Assembly: GCA_023429135.1 (NCBI GenBank) | Contig: JAEYWD010000115.1 | Span: 74,471-138,470, forward strand | DNA from: Bacteroidota bacterium | Lineage (GTDB): Bacteria > Bacteroidota > Bacteroidia > Bacteroidales > JAAUTT01 | DNA length: 64,000 nt | Reading direction: 5' to 3' | In this document: piece after piece, positions 47,444 through 58,897 of the stretch | Layout: each line of letters starts with the position of its first letter | Position numbering within the stretch: position 1 is the stretch's first letter | The notes under the pieces: model-generated | Told to the model about the DNA's origin: nothing | The model's database searches: none | The model's input: the letters and a program-made list of their open reading frames with translations, nothing else | Translations under genes and position numbers: made by a program

Positions 47444-48171
47444 TGTCAATGAAAATCAAAAACTACATATATTTTATTGCCCTGTTTATTGGGACATCCT
47501 GCATTGACGATGCCTTGTTTAACGGCGGAGAAGTTGTTTCAAAAACCTTGGATTTGCCCGATTACTCTACAATAGAAGTTGAGAGTACTTTTGAGATTGA
47601 GCTTTTAAATGATACAATTAATAAAGTTGTTGTGCGCTGCGGCGAAAATCTGCATCCATATATTAAGATCGAAGTCGTGAATGATATTCTTTACCTGAAA
47701 CACGAAATTAAGAATAACTGGTCGCGAAAATATGAACGGGTTAAACTGGAACTTCATACAAAGCCTTTTGGAAATTTTAATGTTCGTAAGCCGGTTAGAA
47801 TTTATACAAATCAGGTTTATAAAGCTCCATATTTTGGCTTTATAGATTTTATGAAATACAGCGAACTCGATATAAATATTGATGTTGAAGATTGCTTGAT
47901 AGCTATGTCGTCCGATAATTTTGGACAATTTAAAGTTAAAGGTAGGGCGAGTCGTGCTCATTTATGGGGCTGGGGCTCCTGCTTGGTCAATGCCGATAGT
48001 CTGCAAACCAATTATTGTTATGTACTCCATCGGGGTATGGGGAATGTGTTTGTTAATACAACCGGGCAATTGGACGCCGATATTCAGTTCACCGGTAATG
48101 TTTATTATTCAGGAAATCCGGCACAAGTAAACTTACAGCGAACAGGTTCAGGTAATCTTATAAAGAAATGA
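47443..48171 (+). CDS. DUF2807 / head-GIN-domain lipoprotein
   Basis: Lipobox FIGTSC, repeated beta-helix-like segments, and a C-terminal GNVYYSGNPAQVNLQRTGSGNLIKK typical of DUF2807. The start ATG overlaps the upstream TAA (TAATG). Confidence 0.65.
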   Translation: MSMKIKNYIYFIALFIGTSCIDDALFNGGEVVSKTLDLPDYSTIEVESTFEIELLNDTINKVVVRCGENLHPYIKIEVVNDILYLKHEIKNNWSRKYERVKLELHTKPFGNFNVRKPVRIYTNQVYKAPYFGFIDFMKYSELDINIDVEDCLIAMSSDNFGQFKVKGRASRAHLWGWGSCLVNADSLQTNYCYVLHRGMGNVFVNTTGQLDADIQFTGNVYYSGNPAQVNLQRTGSGNLIKK

Positions 48172-48308
48172 TCTTTCGGTCGCATATTTCATAAATTTCT
48201 TATTTCCCCGTTTTTTTCTTACCTTAAACAGTCTTTATGTTTTCGGGTGCAGATATACATATTTTGTTGTGTTTCAGTGTTTCCTGAAATTGCTAATGTT
48301 AAGCGCTT

Positions 48309-50978
48309 ATGGAAAATGTGATTTTAAACTCTACTGATCTATTCTATTCTTTTTTTGATACTTCTCCATTGTATATATGGATCAAGGATACCAATAATAA
48401 TCTTATCAGGCTTAATAAGGCTGCTGCGATTTTAGAGCAAAAACCTGTTGAGGAACTGGAAGGCAGGTCGTGTTACGATATATACCCAGAAGACAGAGCT
48501 AAGGCCTTTTGGGCCGACGATCAGGAAGTCATAACAACCGGTCTGCCCAAACTATCCTATTACGAGAAACATATCCTTCCCGATTCTGATAAAAGCCGGT
48601 GGTTGCAGGTTAATAAAATGCCAATAAGGAACGATTTGGGCATAATTACCGGGGTTATGGTTTATGCAGTGGATGTTACCGACATTAAAGATGCCGAAGA
48701 AAAAATCAGAATAAGGGAAGAAAAAAATCAAAAGCTTCTTTACGAAAAATCTCTTGCAGAGCAAAAACTCTGGCATGAGCGGAATTTGCTGCGAACTGTT
48801 ATTGAAAACATTCCGGCACATATTTATTTTAAGGATCAGGAAAGCCGTTTTGTTCTTTGTAATCAAGCTACTGCCGCTTTTATGGGTGTCGACTCGCCCA
48901 ATGATATTATTGGCAAAACTGATTTTGAATTTTTCCCCCAGGAAATGGCCAGGGTGTTTCATAAAGAAGAGCGGGAGCTCATGAGAAATCATAAGCCAGT
49001 CATTAATTCGGTGCATAAACATTTTAAGGAAAATTCCGATAAATTTCTGGAGATTACTAAAGTTCCTCTGTACGATTCCCAAAATCAAATTATTGGCGTG
49101 GTTGGAATTAATCGGGATATTACTGAGAGAAGGCGTGCAGAAGAAGCCCTATTGGAAAGTGAAGCCAAATATCGTATTTTGACTGAGTATATGACCGACG
49201 TTGTTTGGCAGTTGTCGCCCGATATGACTTACATTTATCTTAGTCCCTCTTTTACGCAGCTTACAGGTTTTAAAACCACCGATTTTCTGGGAAAGCCAAT
49301 CTGGTCGTTGCTTACAAAAGAATCTTCCGAATATCTTCAGGACATGGTATTAAGACGAAAATCAATGCCTTTTGAAGAAAGAAAGAAAAGCCTCGCGTTT
49401 GAAGCTAGTTTATATGACACCAATAGAAATCTGATATGGACTGAAATTGTTTCTAATCCTGTTTTTAATGAGGCGGGAGAACTTCTTTTTTTTCAGGGAA
49501 TGAGTCGGGATATTACTCAACGAAAACTTGCCGAGGTTGCTTTAAAGGAAAGTCAGGAAAAATTGGGCGTTATTATCGCCAATGCGCCAATGGTTTTGTT
49601 TCAGATCGACAAAGAAGGTATCTTCAGGTTTTCAGATGGTAAAGGACTTGAAAAACTGGGATTGAAACCTGGTCAGGTAGTCGGACTATCAGCGTTTGAT
49701 GTCTATAAAGATTTTCCAAATATCTGTCAGCAGGTTAAAGATGCTCTTACTGGTAAAGTCGTAACGGATATAATAAATGTTCTCAATATTTATTTTGAAA
49801 TACTGTATAATCCTGTGCTGAATGCTGAAGGAGAGGTTACCAGTGTTATCGGCATTGCATTCGATATTTCGGAGCGAATGGCAGCTCAGTATGCTTTACA
49901 GGAGAGTGAGATCCGATTTAAAACTCTTTTTCACGAAATGGCCGAAGGCGTTGCTTTGCACGAGCTCGTGTTTGATGAGGAGAAAAAACCTGTTGACTAC
50001 TGCATTGTAGAAGTGAATCCAAGTTATCAGGTTCATACAGGAATAGATGTAAAAAATATCCGGAATGAGTTGGCTTCGGTTTTATATGGTACTTCCAAAC
50101 CTCCTTATCTGGAAGAATTTTCTTCAGTTGCAATTAATGGTACGAAGTATAAGTTTGAAACTTATTTTGAACCATTAGAGAAGTATTTTAAAATATCGGC
50201 TGTTGCTATCGGTCCCAACAGATTTGCTACTGTTTTTGAGGATGTTTCGGTTCAAAAGAAGCATGAAAAAGAGTTACGCGACAAAAACGATGAATTGGAG
50301 CGCTTTACTTACACCGTTTCGCACGACCTTAAGAGTCCCCTGGTTACTATAAGAGGGTTTATCGGAATGCTGGAGCAGGACCTGAAGCATAATCATCAGG
50401 AGAATATTGCCGATGATATTCAGCGTATTAAGTCGGCTACCGATAAAATGACCGATCTTCTGAACGATCTGCTCACGCTGTCGCGGGTGGGCAGGAAAAT
50501 CAATCCTCCTGTTAAAATGTCCATGTATTCAATAGTTAGTGAGGCTCTGGAGTTACTTTCAGGTACATTAACCGAAAATGATGTTAAAGTTGAAGTTGAT
50601 AATGAACTTCCGGAAGTTTATGTGGATAAGCAGAGGATGGTAGAAGTTTGGTTAAACCTTATTGAAAACGCAGTGAAATTTTCTCTTAAACATGAAAAAC
50701 CTCAAATAAAAATAGATTTTATTAAAGAAGATACTAAATTTATATTCAATATCAGGGATAATGGTATTGGAATAGATAAAAAATATCATTCAACCGTCTT
50801 CGGCCTATTTAATAAATTGGATAATAAAACTTCTGGAACCGGCATAGGTTTGGCATTGGTTAAAAGAATAATTGAGGTGCATGGGGGAGATATCTGGGTG
50901 GATTCGGATGGAATAGGGAAAGGCACAAAATTCAGCTTTTCGTTGCCAATAAAAATGCCGAGAAAAAATGAAAACTAA
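48309..50978 (+). CDS. Multi-PAS sensor histidine kinase
   Basis: 889 aa with at least five PAS/PAC-like repeats, each ending in a D(I/V)T-type motif (VDVTDIK, RDITERRR, RDITQRK, FDISERM). HisKA H-box FTYTVSHDLKSPL. HATPase boxes IENAVKFS, DNGIGID, GTGIGLALVK. Confidence 0.9.
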   Translation: MENVILNSTDLFYSFFDTSPLYIWIKDTNNNLIRLNKAAAILEQKPVEELEGRSCYDIYPEDRAKAFWADDQEVITTGLPKLSYYEKHILPDSDKSRWLQVNKMPIRNDLGIITGVMVYAVDVTDIKDAEEKIRIREEKNQKLLYEKSLAEQKLWHERNLLRTVIENIPAHIYFKDQESRFVLCNQATAAFMGVDSPNDIIGKTDFEFFPQEMARVFHKEERELMRNHKPVINSVHKHFKENSDKFLEITKVPLYDSQNQIIGVVGINRDITERRRAEEALLESEAKYRILTEYMTDVVWQLSPDMTYIYLSPSFTQLTGFKTTDFLGKPIWSLLTKESSEYLQDMVLRRKSMPFEERKKSLAFEASLYDTNRNLIWTEIVSNPVFNEAGELLFFQGMSRDITQRKLAEVALKESQEKLGVIIANAPMVLFQIDKEGIFRFSDGKGLEKLGLKPGQVVGLSAFDVYKDFPNICQQVKDALTGKVVTDIINVLNIYFEILYNPVLNAEGEVTSVIGIAFDISERMAAQYALQESEIRFKTLFHEMAEGVALHELVFDEEKKPVDYCIVEVNPSYQVHTGIDVKNIRNELASVLYGTSKPPYLEEFSSVAINGTKYKFETYFEPLEKYFKISAVAIGPNRFATVFEDVSVQKKHEKELRDKNDELERFTYTVSHDLKSPLVTIRGFIGMLEQDLKHNHQENIADDIQRIKSATDKMTDLLNDLLTLSRVGRKINPPVKMSMYSIVSEALELLSGTLTENDVKVEVDNELPEVYVDKQRMVEVWLNLIENAVKFSLKHEKPQIKIDFIKEDTKFIFNIRDNGIGIDKKYHSTVFGLFNKLDNKTSGTGIGLALVKRIIEVHGGDIWVDSDGIGKGTKFSFSLPIKMPRKNEN

Positions 50979-50984
50979 AAAACA

Positions 50985-51410
50985 ATGAATGGAGAACCAC
51001 TAACTATTTTACTGATCGAGGATAATCCTGATCACGCCACACTGGTTATTCGCAACCTGAAGAATTTTCTCGTAGCAAACACTATTATTCATCTGGAGGA
51101 TGGAGAACTTGCTATGGAATATCTGGACCGTATTGGGAAAGGGAATGTGAAGCCTCATTTGGTTTTACTTGATCTGAGATTGCCAAAAGTGGATGGACTC
51201 GAAATATTATGCCGTATAAAAAACGATCCTGAAATGACTGGCATACCGGTAGTTGTTCTTACAACATCTGACGCGGAGAGAGATATGGCCAGAGCTTGCA
51301 AGTGCCATGCCAATAGCTATTTAATTAAACCTGTCGACTTCGAAAAGTTTACTGAATTGATGAGTGTTTTGGGATTTTATTGGATTTGTTGGAACAGAAA
51401 CCCATTTTAA
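50985..51410 (+). CDS. Single-domain response regulator (Rcp/phytochrome-associated type)
   Basis: 141 aa. Motifs ILLIEDNPDHA, VLLDLRLPKVDG, VVVLTTS, ANSYLIKP. Confidence 0.88.
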   Translation: MNGEPLTILLIEDNPDHATLVIRNLKNFLVANTIIHLEDGELAMEYLDRIGKGNVKPHLVLLDLRLPKVDGLEILCRIKNDPEMTGIPVVVLTTSDAERDMARACKCHANSYLIKPVDFEKFTELMSVLGFYWICWNRNPF

Positions 51411-51424
51411 AAAAAGCTTAGCCA

Positions 51425-53386
51425 ATGAGCATTCGTTACAAAGTTCTGGTGGTGGATGATGAAGACGATCATCTTGTTCTGATTCAGCGTTCTTTTAAAT
51501 ATTCAGAAAACTACATCCTTGAGTTTGTATCGTCTTTAAATAGTGCATTTGCTATAATTCCCGATTTTGCTCCCGATGTAATTCTTTCCGACTTTAAACT
51601 GCCCGATGGCGATGCTCGTGAATTAATTGCCAGATATTCGCAAAAAATACCCATAGTAATTATGACCAGCTATGGAAACGAAGCATTGGCGGTGGAACTG
51701 ATTAAGGCAGGAGCTATGGATTATTTTATTAAATCTCCCGATACCTTCGGAAACGTAAGCTGGATAATTGAGCGGGTATATCGCGAATGGACTCTTATAA
51801 CCGACCGCCGTAAAATTGAAGAAGATAAAAAGTTGCTGGCCGAACTACTGGAAATGGCTCCTGCATCCTTTGTTGTTCACGATGAAAAAGGGAAGTTCCT
51901 ATACGCCAACCAGCGGGCAATTGAACTTCAAAAAAAACAGGATGGATCTTTTAATAGTAAAGATGTGCTAAGCGAAATTCTGATAAATAAGTTGAAAAAT
52001 GGCGGAAATGACGAAATTAATTACGAGCTGGAATTTAAACGCGATAATGGTAATTTGGTGCCGTTAAATGTTTATTCGAGGAAAATAGACTGGAATAATC
52101 ATAAGTTCTTTCTGACAGTTACAACCGATATTACCGAAATTAAAAAGTACCAGGAAGAGATACTTCGAAAAAATAAGGAAATTGAGATTCAAAATCAGGA
52201 GTACATTAAATTGATGAGCGAGTTGGTTAAATCCAAAGAGAAAGCTGAGGAAAGCGACAGGTTGAAATCTGCTTTTCTTGCCAATATGAGTCACGAAATT
52301 CGAACACCCATGAATGGCATTATTGGATTTGCCGATTTACTCGAGGAAGAGGACCTGGACAATGAAAAGAAAAAACAGTTTCTTCAGATAATTAAAAATT
52401 CGGGACTGCAATTACTCAATATTATAAACGACATTATTGATATTTCGAAAATTGAAACAGGCCAGATAAAATTTCTGGAAGAAAAGGTGCATCTTACTTC
52501 AATGATAAAGGAGATTTATTCGTTTTTCAGACCGATAACTTCAGGGAAAAATCTTGGTTTCGATATCCTGATAAACGATCAGGGCAGCTTTGATGAATGC
52601 ATTACCGATGGGGTTAAATTACGTCAGATACTTACTAACCTTATTAATAATGCCATAAAGTTTACTCATTTGGGACAAATCGAAGTTACGGTTGAACCAG
52701 GTAACGAATACCTGTTATTCGCTATCAAAGATTCAGGATGTGGAATTTCAAAAGAAGATCAGGAGGTTGTGTTTGACCGTTTTCGACAAGCCGAAAACGG
52801 AAGCGGAACTTTACAGGTAGGGACCGGGTTAGGACTGGCAATATGTAAGGCGTATATTGAAATGAACGGAGGTAGTATATGGGTTACCTCGGAAATTGGA
52901 AAAGGAAGCATTTTTTCTTTTACATGGCCATATAAACCCGTTTGTCAACGCGTAAATTCTATCGCAGGTGCGGGGAATATGCGAAAATCGGATCAGGAGA
53001 TTTCTTTGCTTTATCATTGGAAAAACAAAACGATACTTGTTGCAGAAGATGAAGCAGTGAATTTTTATTACGTAAAGGAATTATTGGTTCCAACAGAAGC
53101 TGAGGTTATTAAAGTTATAAATGGAACGGAAGTTTTGAACTATCTGGCAAAAAATCCTGCTCCCGATATTATTCTTATGGATTTAAAAATGCCCTTAATG
53201 AATGGTTTTGAAACTACAGTCGGAGTTCGTAAATTGAATACTGATATTCCAATTATCGCTGTGACAGCTTATGCCTTTGCGGGCGAAAAGGATAAGGCTC
53301 TTGATGCTGGATGTAATGCTTTTATTCATAAACCCTTCCGGAAAGAAGAATTACTGGAGACAATTTCTAAGTTTATTGATAAATAA
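51425..53386 (+). CDS. Hybrid receiver-PAS-histidine kinase-receiver protein
   Basis: 653 aa. N-terminal receiver ([25 protein letters not shown]), a PAS region (TTDITEIK), H-box [14 protein letters not shown], HATPase ([17 protein letters not shown]), and a C-terminal receiver ([29 protein letters not shown]). Confidence 0.9.
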   Translation: MSIRYKVLVVDDEDDHLVLIQRSFKYSENYILEFVSSLNSAFAIIPDFAPDVILSDFKLPDGDARELIARYSQKIPIVIMTSYGNEALAVELIKAGAMDYFIKSPDTFGNVSWIIERVYREWTLITDRRKIEEDKKLLAELLEMAPASFVVHDEKGKFLYANQRAIELQKKQDGSFNSKDVLSEILINKLKNGGNDEINYELEFKRDNGNLVPLNVYSRKIDWNNHKFFLTVTTDITEIKKYQEEILRKNKEIEIQNQEYIKLMSELVKSKEKAEESDRLKSAFLANMSHEIRTPMNGIIGFADLLEEEDLDNEKKKQFLQIIKNSGLQLLNIINDIIDISKIETGQIKFLEEKVHLTSMIKEIYSFFRPITSGKNLGFDILINDQGSFDECITDGVKLRQILTNLINNAIKFTHLGQIEVTVEPGNEYLLFAIKDSGCGISKEDQEVVFDRFRQAENGSGTLQVGTGLGLAICKAYIEMNGGSIWVTSEIGKGSIFSFTWPYKPVCQRVNSIAGAGNMRKSDQEISLLYHWKNKTILVAEDEAVNFYYVKELLVPTEAEVIKVINGTEVLNYLAKNPAPDIILMDLKMPLMNGFETTVGVRKLNTDIPIIAVTAYAFAGEKDKALDAGCNAFIHKPFRKEELLETISKFIDK

Positions 53387-53500
53387 ACAGATTGTTTGAA
53401 AATTGTACCTTTATCTCCATAATCGCAAAAAATGGAATAATTGTATTTTTTATACTTGTTTTGTTTATATTGCACAGGTCATTTCTTCCAAAAACTATAA

Positions 53501-54058
53501 ATGCCAGATCGGAATAGCAATTGGCTAACTGAATTAATTCAAGGGAATAAGGATATTTTTCAGAAAATATATTTTGAATTTTATCCCAGGTTATATCATT
53601 TTTCGTACGACCTTGTCAGAAGTAACGATATTGCCAAGGATATTGTGAATGAAACGTTTATTAAACTGTGGGAAACAAAAAGTGAATTACGTCCCGATTC
53701 AAACCTTGAAGCTTATTTGATAACTATTTCCAGGAATAAATGCCTCAATTTTCTTAAACATAAAAAAATCATTCTTCAATATCAGGAAACTGCAGGACTT
53801 GCCGAACTGGATCTTTGGGAACAACTGTTTAACGATAATATTTATGCAAATATCGATTATGATTTGCTAAGAAAAAAAGTTGAGACTGCTATTAATAACC
53901 TTCCTGAACAATGTCGGAGAGTATTTCAGCTTAGCCGCTTCAAAAAGAAAAAATACAGCGAAATAGCTACTATTCTTAATATTTCTCCAAAAACCGTTGA
54001 GGCTCATATTTCATTGGCTTTAAGGAGACTTAAAGAAGATCTTAAAAATTATTTATAA
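53501..54058 (+). CDS. ECF (sigma-70 family) RNA polymerase sigma factor
   Basis: 185 aa with region 2 (YFEFYPRLYHFSYDLV, AKDIVNETFIKLW) and region 4 (LPEQCRRVFQLSRFKKKKYSEIATILNISPKTVEAHI). Confidence 0.9.
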   Translation: MPDRNSNWLTELIQGNKDIFQKIYFEFYPRLYHFSYDLVRSNDIAKDIVNETFIKLWETKSELRPDSNLEAYLITISRNKCLNFLKHKKIILQYQETAGLAELDLWEQLFNDNIYANIDYDLLRKKVETAINNLPEQCRRVFQLSRFKKKKYSEIATILNISPKTVEAHISLALRRLKEDLKNYL

Positions 54059-54121
54059 AAAAACGTTTTTCAACTAAGGGTAAAGATTTATACAGTTGTT
54101 TATGCTGTATAATTAAATTTA

Positions 54122-55210
54122 ATGGAAGATAGTTTTTTTAAATATTTTGATTCTGAATTATCCGATAAGGAAAGAGAAAAGCTTATTCTGGAAATTATTA
54201 AGGATTCAGCAAGAAAGGCAGAATTCGAGCAGCTTTTAAGATCATGGTCAATTTCTGGTTTATCTGCTACTTCAGTCGAAAATGTTGATATTGCCGAAGA
54301 GTATAGGAGCATCATAAATGAAATTAACAAATCCGAAATTCAATATAATAAAAAATCAGCGGTATTAGTTCCTCTTAAATCTGTTTTAAGATATGCTGCT
54401 CTGTTCATCCTTCTTTTAGGAATGGGTATTACATCTTATTTTTACCTGCAACCAGAAGAAGAAATTGCTTATAACGAAATCTCTACCAAAACAGGAGAAA
54501 AAGCTCAAGTTAAACTTAGCGACGGAACCAGCATCTGGTTAAATGCTTCCAGTAAATTGAGATATCCCAATAAACTTAATAGCAAAAAAGTGGATGTATA
54601 TCTTCAGGGCGAAGCTTATTTTGATGTCACACATGTTGGAAACCGACTGTTCCAGGTTCATACTGCCGATTTGAATATTAAAGTACTGGGTACAGCTTTT
54701 AATGTTAAATCCTATCCTGAGGAGAAAATTACCGAAACAACACTGGTTCGTGGAAAAGTAAGAATTGAAGGTAAGTCGGCCGACGCCAATGATTTTGTAA
54801 TTCTTTTGCCAAATCAAAAAGCGAGCTATCTTGGAAATCATTCCAGGTTAATTGTAACCGAGTCGGTTAGTAAAAATATGGAAGCACGGTCCGACGATAT
54901 GCACCAATTGAAGGAAATAGCCTCTCGTACCAACGCCACAGTTGTGCTATCAAACAATGTAAATACCAAGTTTGAGACTTCCTGGAAAGATGGTCGTCTT
55001 GAATTTGCTGACGAACAGTTTTCTTCCTTAGTAATTAAAATGGAGCGTTGGTTTGGTGTTAATATTTCAATTAATGACCCCAATCTTCAGTCTGTCCGGT
55101 ATACCGGAACCTTTGAAAAAGAGAATATAGAACAAGCTCTTAAAGCATTAAGTATAAGTTTGCCTTTTAAATATAAAATTCTAAAAGACTCAATTATAAT
55201 AAAGGAATAA
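54122..55210 (+). CDS. FecR-family anti-sigma factor
   Basis: 362 aa. Cytoplasmic N-terminus, a single TM helix (YAALFILLLGMGITSYFYL), and a periplasmic FecR domain (LSDGTSIWLNASSKLRYP, VYLQGEAYFDV, VLGTAFNV). Confidence 0.88.
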   Translation: MEDSFFKYFDSELSDKEREKLILEIIKDSARKAEFEQLLRSWSISGLSATSVENVDIAEEYRSIINEINKSEIQYNKKSAVLVPLKSVLRYAALFILLLGMGITSYFYLQPEEEIAYNEISTKTGEKAQVKLSDGTSIWLNASSKLRYPNKLNSKKVDVYLQGEAYFDVTHVGNRLFQVHTADLNIKVLGTAFNVKSYPEEKITETTLVRGKVRIEGKSADANDFVILLPNQKASYLGNHSRLIVTESVSKNMEARSDDMHQLKEIASRTNATVVLSNNVNTKFETSWKDGRLEFADEQFSSLVIKMERWFGVNISINDPNLQSVRYTGTFEKENIEQALKALSISLPFKYKILKDSIIIKE

Positions 55211-55357
55211 CTACAATTATTAACTAAAATTACTAAATGCCTATGGTGTAAAAACGTCCTATTAAAACAAAAAAACAGGAAATGCCCTCACATTCCCTGT
55301 CTTGTTACAAAACCCAATAAAGGGTATTTATTGTGAAACTTATAACCCTGTAAAATT

Positions 55358-58300
55358 ATGAAAAAAATACAGAGCAACTATTTTTTTGTCTCTAAAAATG
55401 GAGTAAAAAAAATTCTACTGACTATGAAAATCACCTTTTTACTGTTAATGGCAGGTCTCATGCAGATTAGTGCAAATGTTAATTCGCAAACTCGCATTAG
55501 CCTTAAAGCCAAAAATGCAACCATTAAACAGGTATTTGCCGAAATTGAAAAAGTAAGCGAATTCCGGTTTCTCTATCATGATGGAATTAGCGATCTCAAT
55601 AAGCTGGTTACCTTAAATGTAGATGAGGAAAATGTAACCGATGTGCTGGATAAAGTATTCAATAAAACTTCTTCTTCATATCGCGTTTTAGAAAATAATC
55701 TTGTTGTTATTGTTCCCGTATCAGCCCCTGTTCAAGCAATTAAAGTTACAGGAACCGTAAGTGATGCTGCAACAAAGGAAGCCCTTCCTGGGGTAAATGT
55801 TACAGTTGAAGGTACAACCATTGGGGTAAATACCGATATGGATGGAAAGTATACCTTAGATGTTCCTTCTCAAAATTCGGTTCTTGTTTTTTCTTATATT
55901 GGCTATACCACAGAGAAAGTCTTGCTGGGAAGTCAATCGGTTATTGATATCCAATTGGTTCCGGATATTAAAAATCTGGAGGAAGTTGTTGTTGTTGGAT
56001 ATGGAATTCAGAAAAGAGAAGTAGTTACAGGCTCCGTTTCAACGGTTAAGGGGAAAGAGCTTTTAAAATCTCCGGCTATCAACCTTTCTAATTCAATAGC
56101 TGGTCGCATGCCTGGTGTTGTTACAATGCAATCTACAGGGGAGCCTGGATATGATGGTTCGAAAATCAGGATCCGCGGTTCTAATACTTTAGGTAATAAC
56201 GACCCTTTGGTTGTAATTGATGGTGTTGCTGCACGTACAGGTGGGTTAGAAAGACTTGATCCTGCTGATATTGAAAATATGTCGGTATTAAAGGATGCCT
56301 CTGCTGCTATTTATGGTGCACGTGCTGCTAATGGTGTTATTCTTATTACAACCAAAAGGGGAAGATCGGGCAAGCCTACAGTTAACTATTCGTTTAATCA
56401 AGGCTGGGCTCAACCTACAACTTATCCTAAAATGGCCGATGCTGCTCAATGGGCTACCATGATAAATGAGTTAAATTATAACTCGGTAATGAAAAATCCG
56501 GCGAAAAATCCGGGTTACGACGTAAACCAGGCTTATAAACCTAGTTATAGTGCTGATGACATACAGAAATACAGAGATGGTTCGGATCCATGGGGGCATC
56601 CTAATACCGATTGGTATGGTGAGGTTTTTAAAACCTGGTCGCCACAGAGTCATCACTCTTTACAACTTGATGGAGGATCCGATAAAGTAAAATATTTTAC
56701 CACTTTGGGTTATAAAAAAGAAGATGCATATTATAAAAAATCCGCCACTGGTTATGAACAGTTTAATGGTCGAATTAACCTTGATGCTGAGGTAAATAAG
56801 TATGTTAAAACCAGCATCGATCTGGTTGCACGTCAGGAAAACAGAAGTTTCCCTATGAGAGGAGCTGGAGATATTTTCAGGTTCGTTGCAAGGGGCAGAC
56901 CTACCGACCCTGCATACTGGCCAAACGGCCTTCCTGGCCCTGATCAGGAATATGGCGATAATCCGGTTGTTACTACTACCGATGCTACTGGTTACGATAA
57001 GGATAAAAGGTATTACCTACAAACAAATGGTAAACTTGTGTTAACTCAACCCTGGGTTGAAGGTTTGAAATTTACAGGGTCAGTTTCTTTTGACAAGTAT
57101 ATCAAACATCAGAAGAAATTTATTACTCCATGGTATTTATATACTTGGGATGGAAAAACTTATGAAGCTGATGGTGTAACACCAAAACTGAACAAGGGTC
57201 TTCGTGGACCGAATATAGATAAGCCTCAACTTACTATGGGTTCGGAAGATCAATCGAATTTAACTTTAAGTGGAATATTAAGTTACGATCGTACTGTTGG
57301 TGATCATACAATTGCTTTTATTGCCGGTGCTGAAAAGGAAACTTCCGAAAACGAATACTTTGATGCATTTCGCAAATATTATTTGTCCAATGCCGTTCAG
57401 ACACTCAGTGCTGGAGGCGATCTGGAAAAAACAAACAGTGGTAACGCATGGGAGCGCGCACGTATGAATTATTTCGGTCGTGTTTCCTACAATTTTAAAG
57501 AAACATACCTTGCTGAATTTGTGTGGCGTTATGACGGATCCTATATGTTTCCTGAAGATAAAAGATTCGGGTTCTTCCCGGGGATTTTGTTAGGATATAG
57601 AATTTCCAATGAAGATTTTTGGAAAAACAATATCACTTTTATGGATTATTTCAAGATCAGAGCTTCCTGGGGACAATTAGGAAACGACCAGATATGGTTC
57701 AACGATGCATTGCAGGAATACCAGTATATGTCCATGTATAAGTACGAATGGGGGTATATTATCGATAACAAGGATGTTAAAGGATTGCGTATTGCTCAAT
57801 TCCCTAACATGAATGTCACGTGGGAAATTGCAAACAATTACAATGTTGGTATTGAGGGAAGAATTTTCAGTAAGTTAAATTTCGAACTTGAAGGTTTCTA
57901 TAACAAACGTACCAATATTTTATGGCGACGCAATGCATCAGTTCCTCAAACAACCGGATTAACCCTTCCTGCTGAAAATATTGGCAAGGTGGATAATCGT
58001 GGATTTGATTTCAAGCTCGAATGGTATGACAAAGCTGGAACTGATTTCAGCTATTCAATTGGGGTCAACGGTGGATATGCTAAAAATAAAATCAAATATT
58101 GGGACGAAGCACCTGGCGCTCCTGAATGGCAGAAATCAACAGGTCATCCTATGGACACAAGGCTATACTATGTTTATGATGGCATATTTAAAAGTTGGGA
58201 CGAAATTAATGATCCCAATAGACCCAAATATGAAATTACTAACGACGATGGTCTGCGGCCTGGTGATATGAAATTCAAGGATGTGGATGGTAATGGTAAA

Positions 58301-58816
58301 ATTACTGCCGACGATCAGAAACGATATGATAAAAACCGTCAACCAACTTTTAATGGAGGACTTAATATCGCTATGCAGTACAAGGGTTTTGATCTTACCG
58401 TATTATTTCAGGGTGCTGCAGGTTCCTGGAGCCGGTTTTTTACCGAATCAGGAACTATTGGAAATTATACACAACGTTTCGCTGAAGATCATTGGAGCAT
58501 AAATAATCCCGATAGCGACAGTCCTCGTGCTTTCGACCGTGGTGGTGATTATTGGGGTGGCGGCAATGCCGGAAATAATACTTACTGGATGCAAAAAACC
58601 GATTACGTGAGATTGAAAAATCTTGAATTAGGTTATACCCTTCCGAAGAATCTGATTTCAAAGATCGGTTTTGCAAATGCAAGACTGTATTTAAACGGAT
58701 TAAACCTGTTTACAATTACTCCTGCAAAGGATGTGGATCCTGAAAGTACTTCGGATAATGGACAGTATTATCCTCAAGCTCGGGTTTGTAATGTTGGTTT
58801 TTCACTCACTTTTTAA
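55358..58816 (+). CDS. SusC/RagA-family TonB-linked outer-membrane transporter with N-terminal signalling (STN) extension
   Basis: 1152 aa. STN-like segment (ISLKAKNATIKQVFAEIEKVSEFRFLY), CarboxypepD_reg (VTGTVSDAATKEALPGVNVTVEGT), plug (VVVGYGIQKREVVTGSV, SIAGRMPGV, IRIRGSNTLG, PLVVIDGV), and a C-terminal ...GFSLTF. Confidence 0.93.
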   Translation: MKKIQSNYFFVSKNGVKKILLTMKITFLLLMAGLMQISANVNSQTRISLKAKNATIKQVFAEIEKVSEFRFLYHDGISDLNKLVTLNVDEENVTDVLDKVFNKTSSSYRVLENNLVVIVPVSAPVQAIKVTGTVSDAATKEALPGVNVTVEGTTIGVNTDMDGKYTLDVPSQNSVLVFSYIGYTTEKVLLGSQSVIDIQLVPDIKNLEEVVVVGYGIQKREVVTGSVSTVKGKELLKSPAINLSNSIAGRMPGVVTMQSTGEPGYDGSKIRIRGSNTLGNNDPLVVIDGVAARTGGLERLDPADIENMSVLKDASAAIYGARAANGVILITTKRGRSGKPTVNYSFNQGWAQPTTYPKMADAAQWATMINELNYNSVMKNPAKNPGYDVNQAYKPSYSADDIQKYRDGSDPWGHPNTDWYGEVFKTWSPQSHHSLQLDGGSDKVKYFTTLGYKKEDAYYKKSATGYEQFNGRINLDAEVNKYVKTSIDLVARQENRSFPMRGAGDIFRFVARGRPTDPAYWPNGLPGPDQEYGDNPVVTTTDATGYDKDKRYYLQTNGKLVLTQPWVEGLKFTGSVSFDKYIKHQKKFITPWYLYTWDGKTYEADGVTPKLNKGLRGPNIDKPQLTMGSEDQSNLTLSGILSYDRTVGDHTIAFIAGAEKETSENEYFDAFRKYYLSNAVQTLSAGGDLEKTNSGNAWERARMNYFGRVSYNFKETYLAEFVWRYDGSYMFPEDKRFGFFPGILLGYRISNEDFWKNNITFMDYFKIRASWGQLGNDQIWFNDALQEYQYMSMYKYEWGYIIDNKDVKGLRIAQFPNMNVTWEIANNYNVGIEGRIFSKLNFELEGFYNKRTNILWRRNASVPQTTGLTLPAENIGKVDNRGFDFKLEWYDKAGTDFSYSIGVNGGYAKNKIKYWDEAPGAPEWQKSTGHPMDTRLYYVYDGIFKSWDEINDPNRPKYEITNDDGLRPGDMKFKDVDGNGKITADDQKRYDKNRQPTFNGGLNIAMQYKGFDLTVLFQGAAGSWSRFFTESGTIGNYTQRFAEDHWSINNPDSDSPRAFDRGGDYWGGGNAGNNTYWMQKTDYVRLKNLELGYTLPKNLISKIGFANARLYLNGLNLFTITPAKDVDPESTSDNGQYYPQARVCNVGFSLTF

Positions 58817-58897
58817 AATCTCTTATGTAATTTCCTTGGTCAGTGAATATCTGATAAAGGATTGCTCATGTGATGTTAAACTTCAAAAATTGTACAG

